Below are positions 49,654-57,934 of a stretch of DNA of 64,000 nt, in pieces. Within the stretch, counting starts at the first letter, position 1. Every line of letters begins with the position of its first letter. A model generated the notes under the pieces. The model did no database searches and was not told the DNA's origin. It was given only the letters and a program-made list of their open reading frames with translations. The stretch is from the NCBI GenBank assembly GCA_965660445.1, contig CBFIAK010000001.1, forward strand, positions 416,001 through 480,000. The letters run 5' to 3'. A program made the translations under genes and the position numbers. The DNA comes from Patescibacteria group bacterium (GTDB lineage: Bacteria; Patescibacteriota; Gracilibacteria; UBA4473).

Positions 49654-51096
49654 TTATGATATAATATTGGTCTTTGGGAAAAAACGATGTCGGAAAAACC
49701 AAAACAAAATTAAGTAACTCAAAGATCCAATTGCAGCAGCGAGTGTAAAGTTTTCTTGTAATGGGGTCAAATAAATTTGAATAAAAATAATCAAGTTTCC
49801 AAACGCAATAATACCCATGTTTTTCCAGCATTGTATACCGTCAAAATATTTGCCAATCGTCTTCGATAAACTGACAAAAACAACAATCTCACAAATAAGT
49901 GTGGAAATGGCCGCTGCTATAACACCGTAAGGAAGTAAAAAATAGAAATTTAAAACCGCATTTAATGCCAAAGCCCCCGCATTAATCCATAGTAAATAAA
50001 ATTGTCGATTTTTTGCCACTAACGCAAACGAAAATAATTGGTTTAAGTATGCGAAAAATATAGTGAAAATAAGCACCGTCAATAATGTGTCCGATCCAGT
50101 AATACCATCATGAGTTAAAAACTCAGGAGAACTGATTATCAATATAATCTCCGATGAAAACCGTGTTGCATATAAAATAATAGGAAACGCAAAAAATGAA
50201 AGTATCTCAATGCCCCATTGTACTGTTTGAGTAAATTTTGTGTTCGTGCTTTCTCCTTCTTCTGTAGAAAGTTTTGGTAAAATAGCTTGTCCGAAAAATA
50301 CACCGAGTATTAAAAAACTTTCTAAAATTCGTGTAGAAGCCCCATAAATCCCAACCGCACTTGAACCCAAAAGAAGCGAAATAATAAGAATGTCTATCCG
50401 TAAATAAAGTGTTTGTAATACCAATGCGAGTCCATAAGGAAGAGAAATGCGAAGCGTGTGTTTCCACCATTCAAAATCAAACCCAAGTCGTATACGTACC
50501 TCTTTCGATACAAAAAACAGAACTAAACTACAAAACACAAGGTTTGAAACAACCCCAGCCCATAAAAGGGCATAAAACTTATGAGGAAAAAGGTTTGTCT
50601 CTTGGGCAATGAAAAAAATAAGTCCCGCCAAAAGAAGTTTCCCTAACACCAAAGATCCAGAAAAATACTGAATCTTCATACGTGATTGAAGTACCGAACT
50701 GAGTGTTCCAGCAATAATAGTAAGCCCCATAGAAAGCCCCGTAATCCAGATTCCGTGTTTAACCAGCGGAGAATAAGTAGGCACCAATTGTGCAGAAATT
50801 CCAGCAATAAGAATCACTCCTAATATCAAAATGAGCCGCATTGAAAGAATATTGCTCAAGAAAAATTCAGTTTTCTCTTTTGCTCGAGACATCTCTCGTA
50901 CTGCAATATTAAATAACCCAGCATCCGCCATGATCCCAAAAAATGCCAAAAATTCATACGCTGTCACATAGTCACCGTAAAAATCACGACCAAAACTGGT
51001 AATGATTTTTACAATCACCAAACTCGAGAAAATTGATAAAAATTTCCCAATCGTTTGGGCAGTCATATTGAGTAAGACTTTTTGCTGAGTGGCCAT
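49654..51096 (-). CDS. Wzx-like polysaccharide flippase (MOP superfamily)
   Basis: Polytopic TM protein, YGDY..ADAGL..REMS, YLRIDILII..AVGIYG. Confidence 0.9.
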   Translation of the reverse strand: MATQQKVLLNMTAQTIGKFLSIFSSLVIVKIITSFGRDFYGDYVTAYEFLAFFGIMADAGLFNIAVREMSRAKEKTEFFLSNILSMRLILILGVILIAGISAQLVPTYSPLVKHGIWITGLSMGLTIIAGTLSSVLQSRMKIQYFSGSLVLGKLLLAGLIFFIAQETNLFPHKFYALLWAGVVSNLVFCSLVLFFVSKEVRIRLGFDFEWWKHTLRISLPYGLALVLQTLYLRIDILIISLLLGSSAVGIYGASTRILESFLILGVFFGQAILPKLSTEEGESTNTKFTQTVQWGIEILSFFAFPIILYATRFSSEIILIISSPEFLTHDGITGSDTLLTVLIFTIFFAYLNQLFSFALVAKNRQFYLLWINAGALALNAVLNFYFLLPYGVIAAAISTLICEIVVFVSLSKTIGKYFDGIQCWKNMGIIAFGNLIIFIQIYLTPLQENFTLAAAIGSLSYLILFWFFRHRFFPKTNIIS

Positions 51097-51182
51097 CGAG
51101 TCGTATTATTCCAAAAATGATGAAATACGCAATAAAAAAACAGTCTTGTTTTTTGTATGAGCCTTCCATACAATAGAAATGT

Positions 51183-52400
51183 ATGCGAAAAATCTGCTTT
51201 ATCGTTCTTGTGTCGGCGACAAATGTTGTGTTAGCACTCGGTACACAAATATTTTCTGATGTAGCGAAAAGCCAATATAAAGAAGCTATATATCATCTTC
51301 AAGAAAAAGGTATATTGCAAGGGTATGCAGATGGCACCTTTCAGCCTCAAAAAAATATAAACCGTGCAGAGTTTCTTAAAATTGTTATCGAAACGTTTTA
51401 TCCTAACACCGTCTACGACGATTATCGTCAGAAATGTTTTGATGATGTCAACGATACCTCATTGTGGTATGTGCCTTATGCCTGTAAAGCAAAAGAACTC
51501 TATCTTATTGATGGATACGATAATCGGTATTTAAAACCAGAAAATACAATCTCTTTCGTAGAGAGTGCGAAAATAATCGCCAATATGTCAGGAACCCAGT
51601 TTTCAGAAACAGAAAATCCATGGTACGAACCGTACGTTCGATTTATGCTTCAAAAAAAATTAGTATCACCTTCTATTGATGCATTTAATCATGAAATGAC
51701 CAGAGCAGATATATCAGAAATGATAAGTCGATATATTCGATTACAAGAACAAAGACTCGATTCATACCTTTCGTTCCGAAACGAAAACTATGGAGAAACC
51801 GAAACCCCTCAATGGGAAGACCTTTCAACCGTTGCATACGGACAAACATCTCCAGAAGCACTAATGCAGGCTTATAATATCGAACGAACACATCGGGCTG
51901 TAATCGATACGCCTCACCCCGGTGAATTTGTGGAAGGATCATATCTTTCAACCTATAACCAATGGACAAAAACTTCTTATGAACCATCAGTAGAGAATCA
52001 TTCATTATCTCTTGAAAAAGAAGCTCTCTTTCGAGAATCGTTATTTAAGCTCCTGAACGAAAAACGGTATTATGCCAATAGAAATACGTTTGTGATTGAT
52101 CCTGTTTTAAATACCGTTGCTCAAAACTTCGCAGAACATATCGTTATTAACGGGTTTTATAGCCATATGGATAAATGGGGAAAAAAACCACAACAAAGAG
52201 TGAAAGATGCTGGATATGAAGGAACTATTTCTGAAAGTATGGTCTGGCGAAAACGAGATGTTTCACAAGTAGTAAACTGGTGGGAAGAATCAGATCTGCA
52301 TTGGAACAATATCATGACCCCAGAATATAAAAATGTAGGTATCGGTGTCAGCGAAGAACCCGGAGGAGGGTATTTGGTTATTCTTATTACAGGATCATAA
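51183..52400 (+). CDS. SLH-domain protein with C-terminal CAP (SCP) domain
   Basis: FSDV..GILQGYADGTFQPQKNINRAEF, MTRAD; LNEKR, FYSH, WEESDLHWNNIM..VGIGV. Confidence 0.9.
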   Translation: MRKICFIVLVSATNVVLALGTQIFSDVAKSQYKEAIYHLQEKGILQGYADGTFQPQKNINRAEFLKIVIETFYPNTVYDDYRQKCFDDVNDTSLWYVPYACKAKELYLIDGYDNRYLKPENTISFVESAKIIANMSGTQFSETENPWYEPYVRFMLQKKLVSPSIDAFNHEMTRADISEMISRYIRLQEQRLDSYLSFRNENYGETETPQWEDLSTVAYGQTSPEALMQAYNIERTHRAVIDTPHPGEFVEGSYLSTYNQWTKTSYEPSVENHSLSLEKEALFRESLFKLLNEKRYYANRNTFVIDPVLNTVAQNFAEHIVINGFYSHMDKWGKKPQQRVKDAGYEGTISESMVWRKRDVSQVVNWWEESDLHWNNIMTPEYKNVGIGVSEEPGGGYLVILITGS

Positions 52401-53131
52401 TGGAATATATTTTTATATCGTTTATCGCTGGAATACTAACTATACTTGCTCCTTGCGTGTTGCCAGTGCTTCCCATTATTATCGGTGGTTCGTTACAAAG
52501 CAAGAGTGCGATGCGTCCTCTTGTAATAACACTCAGTCTTGGTGTTTCTATTGTTGTTTTTACACTGCTCTTGAGGGTGTTCTTTGTAAATGCAATACCA
52601 CGTCAAATGATCCAATTTGTTTCAGGAGGAATCATCCTTTTTTTTGGAATTGTGCTTCTTTTTCCACAACTGTGGGTTCGAATAGGAAACGTTCTGAAAA
52701 TAGAAAATGTTTCTTCTCAATGGCTTCAGAACTCTGGAAAAAAAGATGGTATCTGGGGTATGATTCTTATAGGAGCAGCCCTCGGCCCTGTGTTTGCGAG
52801 TTGCTCACCAACCTATTTTGTAATACTGGGAACCGTTTTGCCTCAAAGTTTTTGGGAAGGAGTTGTAAACCTTTTTGTCTATGGACTTGGACTTTCAAGT
52901 ATACTTTTTGTTATTGCTGTTCTTGGGCAAAAATCTCTTCGGTACCTGCGAGGGCTTGCCGATCCAAAAGGATGGTTTAAACGAGGTTTGGGAATTCTTT
53001 TCGTCTTTGTGGGGATATCTATTATCTTTGGATGGGATAAAAAAATAGAAGCCTATGTACTGAGTAATTCAGAGTTTGTTTTTTCTGTGCTTGAGTTTGA
53101 AGAACGTCTCATCGATTCAGTGCAAGAATAA
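52400..53131 (+). CDS. cytochrome c biogenesis CcdA / DsbD-TM family protein
   Basis: AGILTILAPCVLPVLP, GPVFASCSP. Confidence 0.9.
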   Translation: MEYIFISFIAGILTILAPCVLPVLPIIIGGSLQSKSAMRPLVITLSLGVSIVVFTLLLRVFFVNAIPRQMIQFVSGGIILFFGIVLLFPQLWVRIGNVLKIENVSSQWLQNSGKKDGIWGMILIGAALGPVFASCSPTYFVILGTVLPQSFWEGVVNLFVYGLGLSSILFVIAVLGQKSLRYLRGLADPKGWFKRGLGILFVFVGISIIFGWDKKIEAYVLSNSEFVFSVLEFEERLIDSVQE

Positions 53132-53230
53132 ATAAAATGATAAAAAACTTTGAAGATGCCTCTGTGTAAGAAAGAATTGACCAATTCTGCTTTTTGTTTA
53201 CAATTTTTCGGTGCTGTTTTCCAATAGGAA

Positions 53231-53306
<76 letters not shown>

Positions 53307-53311
53307 TAATA

Positions 53312-53386
53312 GCCACCATAGCTCAGGGGTAGAGCACATCCATGGTAAGGATGGGGTCTCGAGTTCAAATCTCGATGGTGGCTCCA
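53312..53386 (+). tRNA. tRNA-Thr(GGT)
   Basis: GCCACCA...TGGTGGCTCCA, anticodon loop AT-GGT-AA. Confidence 0.97.
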
Positions 53387-53400
53387 TGTCGTCAGATATG

Positions 53401-54149
53401 ACTCCAATATTTCATAATCCGTATACACGGATTATTTCATATGTTTCGTCATATCTTCCTCTCGAATGAAGAGAGGTCTTTGTTTTCATAACGGTGGTTT
53501 TTTGCTACACGCAAAACCACCTACTCAAACAAAGCTACCCTCATCATTCGGTAAATCGCAATAATCGCAGGGGTAACTCCAATATTCCATAATCTGTATG
53601 CACAGATTATTTCATATATTTCAGAATCACTCCTCTCCGACTCAATTCTTCATGAGGAATGGGAAGTATGAAGTAGAAAATGAAGTTATTGAGTATGTTT
53701 CGTTTGGTGTACTTTTGTCGTAAAGTATTCCTCATTTCTGGAATATCGTCGGGTGAAATCGCAAGAATCGCAGGGGTGACTCCACTATTCCAGAATCCGT
53801 ATACACAGATTATTTCATATATTCCGTCATATCTTCCTCTCCCTCAAAAAGCCGTTCATATACATTCACTTATTTTTCGGGGTGAATCACAAAAGAATCA
53901 CAAAAATCACTCAAGTATTTCAAAATCACTCCTCTCCGACTCAATTCTTCATGAGGAATGGGAAGTATGAAGTAAAAAATGAAGTTATTGAGTATGTTTC
54001 GTTTGGTGTACTTTTGTCGTAAAGTATTCCTCATTTCTGGAATATCGTCGGGTGAAATCGCAATAGTCGCAGGGGTAACTCCACTATTCCAGAATCCGTA
54101 TACACGGATTATTTCATATATTCCGTCATATCTTCCTCTCGAATGAAGA
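53401..54149. repeat. tRNA-linked repeat cluster
   Basis: Hairpin module ACTCCA..AATCYGT-ATRC-ACRGATT at 53401, 53576, 53779, 54078; 225-bp direct repeat 53617-53841 / 53916-54140. Confidence 0.92.
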
Positions 54150-54193
54150 AGGGATTTTCTTTTCATAAAAAAAAGAGGCATAGAAGGCCTCTT

Positions 54194-54778
54194 TTATTGG
54201 TGTCTTTCTTGGATTAGATTTTCTCGTAATCCATAAACTATATTTTTTGCGTTTTCAAACCCATAAGGATCTTTAAAGAGATTTGCATCCGTTTCTATAT
54301 ACGCATCAAGGTATCTTTTATCATGATATACATACACCATAGTTTTGGTTATGATTATATCAATGGAAGCATTCTGATCGTATATTCGATATGCATCGGA
54401 TCCGAAAATTTGTATCTTTACCTCTATTTCTTGAGTCTCCCAATGGTCTTCAAAACTATCAATGTCAATAGTTTTCTTGGGAAAATTGATTTTTGAAATA
54501 GGGCTTTTGTACACATTTTCTGATATTGCAGCAAATGATTTTTCCCATTTTATAGATTCTTCCGTTGGAATAGAAAATGCCCAATAAGGAAAACTATTTA
54601 TAAAAACAAGAGAATCTTCATTATAGAAGAATTTCTCTACGTGATTTGGATACACGTAGTGTGGTCGTTTTTTTATTTGAGAAAAAGAAACATCGGAAAG
54701 AAATGTATTCCTTTTTTCTGCAAGATACACAACCGACGAGAGAGCAATAATCCAAAACAATAAAAATGCAATTTTCAT
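54194..54778 (-). CDS. hypothetical membrane-anchored protein
   Basis: N-terminal TM, AAGGAG SD, downstream aaaagaggc/gcctctttt hairpin. Confidence 0.7.
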   Translation of the reverse strand: MKIAFLLFWIIALSSVVYLAEKRNTFLSDVSFSQIKKRPHYVYPNHVEKFFYNEDSLVFINSFPYWAFSIPTEESIKWEKSFAAISENVYKSPISKINFPKKTIDIDSFEDHWETQEIEVKIQIFGSDAYRIYDQNASIDIIITKTMVYVYHDKRYLDAYIETDANLFKDPYGFENAKNIVYGLRENLIQERHQ

Positions 54779-54883
54779 GCAAAACTCCTTTGTATTTTTA
54801 AAACATGTATTGAGAAAGAACGTCGTAGTTTGTATTCTCTCTTACCGAAGAAGTCAAATTTTTATCTCTTTTTTTATATTCAA

Positions 54884-55438
54884 TTATTGAGTTCGTTTGT
54901 TTTCCAGTGTGCCTAAAAAATATCCCTGAAACGCTGCCCAAAAAAGAATTTGTTCCGCTTGAGCAAATATTTTATACGGGAAATCAAGAAACTCAGGATA
55001 GAGAGTCAGTAATCGATTACTGTAATCATCTCTCATTTGTGATAAAAAACTCATCAGTACAGGAGATATTTTTGTCTTTTCTATGAGGGATTCAGTATCA
55101 CTATCGGTGTAAGCAATCCATTCTTGTGCCAGATTTGTAGTAGATTTTCTTGTTTTAAGTGTTCCTTCGTATGGATTTATCTCCTTTTCAATAAGATATA
55201 AGAAGTATCCTGCGTATACGAAAAGAGAAAGTGTAAAATGAATATCCGTTTTTAAATCTTCTGATTGATCTTTAAAAATGTCATATTTATCACTGATATC
55301 ATCAAGAGCGACTTGTGTTATGAGATCAAATCCGTTTTGTGTTTCTTCGTGTAAACACGCAAGAACCTCGGATCTCTCTTCTGCAGATCGGCTTAAAAAC
55401 GTGACCCATTTTTCGTATATGTCATTGTAGTCAATCAT
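54884..55438 (-). CDS. hypothetical helical protein
   Basis: 184-aa ORF; two similar helical ends (YAGYFLYLIEK, FQGYFLGTLEN). Confidence 0.7.
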   Translation of the reverse strand: MIDYNDIYEKWVTFLSRSAEERSEVLACLHEETQNGFDLITQVALDDISDKYDIFKDQSEDLKTDIHFTLSLFVYAGYFLYLIEKEINPYEGTLKTRKSTTNLAQEWIAYTDSDTESLIEKTKISPVLMSFLSQMRDDYSNRLLTLYPEFLDFPYKIFAQAEQILFWAAFQGYFLGTLENKRTQ

Positions 55439-55450
55439 GTGTATAAATAG

Positions 55451-56257
55451 TTATAAATTTTTCTGACGGTCTTCTTCAAACGTGGTGTGTTTGTGTGACT
55501 TAAAAAACCAATTCTTGTCTTTTCCTTTTAATCGAGAAGTAATATGTCCAACAGCAATACCAATAGGCCCTCCAATATAACTTCCAAATGCAGGTTCGAG
55601 CACCTTTGATGCTTTTTGGCGTTCTTCGGGAGTGCTGAGTGCTTTCATTGCATAATGACTCGCTCTCCATTCTTTTGGAAGAACAAAAAGCCCTGATAAT
55701 TCATCGAGCATCGTATACGCTCCAGAATACCGACGATCAAAATCAAGAGCATGTCCAGTTTCATGGAGTGCAACCGCTTTATTTGGATGAAAGACCGTCG
55801 CCGTTTTTGTAAACGGGTTATAAAGATCACTTCTCATTATTTTTCCCATAAGCCATGCTCCAAAAACAGAAGGAATACCAAAAAGAGTCCGTAATACAAT
55901 ATTAGGACGCCCTTTTATGTGTGGATCATATAAACGCTTCAGTTCTCCGAAAAGTGAAGAATGTCCAAGACGTACAGCAATTTCGTTTTTGAATGGAGCG
56001 TCTTTGAACCCTTCTGTAATAGCTTCTTTTATTTCTTCTTTTGGAGTGTTTTGAAATACATTTCGAAATGTTCCTAAAAAAAGATGTGTGGGAATAGCCC
56101 CTATGTGCCCTAGTGTGTCTGCAAACCAGTCTTTTTTTGTGATAAATCGAATTTTTCCACGAACTTCTTCAGTTATATCTTGGGCTTTTTGCGCCCCTTT
56201 AGATATGTTTTTTTGTTCCTGAGAACGAGGAGTATTATTGCTTTCGGGTTTTCGCAT
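55451..56257 (-). CDS. putative membrane zinc metallopeptidase
   Basis: YNPFTKT..VALHETGHALDF, downstream KEWRAS..A, hydrophobic segments. Confidence 0.75.
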   Translation of the reverse strand: MRKPESNNTPRSQEQKNISKGAQKAQDITEEVRGKIRFITKKDWFADTLGHIGAIPTHLFLGTFRNVFQNTPKEEIKEAITEGFKDAPFKNEIAVRLGHSSLFGELKRLYDPHIKGRPNIVLRTLFGIPSVFGAWLMGKIMRSDLYNPFTKTATVFHPNKAVALHETGHALDFDRRYSGAYTMLDELSGLFVLPKEWRASHYAMKALSTPEERQKASKVLEPAFGSYIGGPIGIAVGHITSRLKGKDKNWFFKSHKHTTFEEDRQKNL

Positions 56258-56299
56258 CCTTTTATTATAACAGAAAAATAAGAGGAGCGCAATGAAGTG

Positions 56300-56510
56300 G
56301 AAGTAGGAATCTAAATTAGAATCCAGAATCTTGAATCTGGAATCTTGTTCCCATCACAGAAGCACAATAAAGCGAAAAAGGTTTTTCACTTCAGAATTAT
56401 GAATTATGAATTATGGAAAAATCACAAGGTTGTGCACAGCCTTGTGATTTTTTTTGTTATTCCTGTGATTCCTTCTAGATTCAAGATTCCGGATTCTAGA
56501 TTCTTATTTC
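56300..56510. repeat. palindromic heptamer-array element related to the 25-kb cluster
   Basis: GAATCNN arrays at the left end, their complements at the right end; central AAAAATCACAAGG..CCTTGTGATTTTT hairpin shared with 25180-25216. Confidence 0.85.
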
Positions 56511-56538
56511 AGGTCTTTTTGGTATCGCCAGGGGGAAT
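56505..56538 (-). repeat. duplicate of tRNA-Glu 3' end plus flank (att-like)
   Basis: 32/34 identity with 56780-56813. Confidence 0.88.
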
Positions 56539-56671
56539 ACCTACCTTTCATCCCAATAAATCGGGATTCAGTCGGTGAAACGAATCAAAATCTTTTATTC
56601 GTTATCACTCATAAGATTTTGTTCTTATTTTCGAACCCTTTGGTTTGATCCCTTCACAGGGACAACCCCGT

Positions 56672-56794
56672 AAAAGTCCTCAAATAGAGGTTATTCTGAG
56701 GAACCTAGGTTTGAGACGCAGTGAATGTACCTTAATGGTACATGAGCAAGCGAAAAGCGTAGTGACAAAAAAATAACCCTATTTCAGGGCTTTT
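56672..56794. repeat. ~120-bp palindromic element abutting the tRNA-Glu 3' end
   Basis: Imperfect terminal IRs 56672-56695 / 56772-56794; central ATGTACC-ttaat-GGTACAT hairpin. Confidence 0.7.
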
Positions 56795-56869
56795 TGGCAT
56801 CGCCAGGGGGAATCGAACCCCCGTTACCAGAATGAGAATCTGGCGTCCTAACCACTAGACGATGGCGAC
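56795..56869 (-). tRNA. tRNA-Glu(CTC)
   Basis: GTCGCCA...TGGCGATGCCA, anticodon loop TT-CTC-AT. Confidence 0.97.
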
Positions 56870-56921
56870 GTAGCGAGATTATAGAGAAAATAAAAAAGAG
56901 GTCAAAAAATCAAAATGCTTA

Positions 56922-56953
56922 AAAAAACTCACGATGCAAATCGTGAGTTTTTT
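56922..56953 (-). terminator. intrinsic terminator
   Basis: aaaaaactcacgat-gcaa-atcgtgagtttttt. Confidence 0.85.
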
Positions 56954-56982
56954 TGAAAATAAAAGAGAGTATACAAGAAACT

Positions 56983-57786
56983 CTATTGAGTTGTATCTTC
57001 TGTGTCTTCCGTTACTTCGTTTGTATCTTCCATTGTCGTTTCTTCCGTATTCATATCGTCTTCAGTTGTTGCTTCTGTCGTTACTTCATCTTCATTCATT
57101 TCTGTTTCTGTTGTATCTTCTGTGTTTTCCATTACTTCTTCTGTAGTTGTTTCTGTCGTTTCTTCGGTATTCATGTCGTCTTCTGTAGTTGTTTCTGTCG
57201 TTTCAGCTTCACCGTCTTCTGGTGTTTGAAGGAAGTCTCGAGGAATAAGAACACTGTTGATAAGGTATGCGATACCATTTGAACCAATAAGCGGTTCTCC
57301 AATAACAAGTGCTCCATTATTAATAGTCAGTACGCCTTCTTCATCTTTATTAATCAAGATACCGTTATCGGGAAGGAGTGATTGAATGATAATACCATCC
57401 GTAAAATCTTCTGCTTCACCTCGACCTTTTACTAAATGGTAGGCAATAAGCATATCTAAGTTTCGTTTTTGTTCTGGTTGAAAGAGTTGTGTTCGAATGT
57501 TTTCAGGAATTTGATTGAATGCTTCATCCGTTGGAATAAAAACAGTCACTTGATGATTGTTTTCTAAAATAGCTTGTGCTTCAAGTGTTTCAATAGCTTG
57601 CATAAACATTCCGACATTTGTTTGTTCTGCAACAATATCTTTTAAAAGAGGGAATTCTGCATATTCGGAATTCGTTTGTGCATCAGCAGAAATACGCACA
57701 TTATCAGCTGTTTCAGATTCAGTTTCTGTTGAGCCGCACCCAACAACAAGAAGGGCAAATAAAGAGAGGATAAATATTTTTTTCAT
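56983..57786 (-). CDS. fasciclin (FAS1) lipoprotein with acidic T/E/D repeat tail
   Basis: Lipobox VVGC, VTVFIPTDEAF, LIAYHLV, SNGIAYLINSVL; TTEDDMNTEETT occurs twice. Confidence 0.9.
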   Translation of the reverse strand: MKKIFILSLFALLVVGCGSTETESETADNVRISADAQTNSEYAEFPLLKDIVAEQTNVGMFMQAIETLEAQAILENNHQVTVFIPTDEAFNQIPENIRTQLFQPEQKRNLDMLIAYHLVKGRGEAEDFTDGIIIQSLLPDNGILINKDEEGVLTINNGALVIGEPLIGSNGIAYLINSVLIPRDFLQTPEDGEAETTETTTEDDMNTEETTETTTEEVMENTEDTTETEMNEDEVTTEATTEDDMNTEETTMEDTNEVTEDTEDTTQ

Positions 57787-57934
57787 TGATAAAGAGGATT
57801 AAAACTACCCGCATCATACAAGCATCTTTGTTTTTTTCAAATTTTTTTATGGTCTTTTCGAAAAGGAGCTTGTTTTTTTCAGAACAAAAGTCTACCATAA
57901 AGCTGTTATTGGGTCTTTTTTTATTCAGAAAACA

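Noticed and set aside
53617-54140. DGR template/variable repeat pair, or CRISPR
   Set aside because: The six differences are not one-directional at adenines, neither copy is in a credible CDS, no reverse transcriptase is present, and there are no unique spacers
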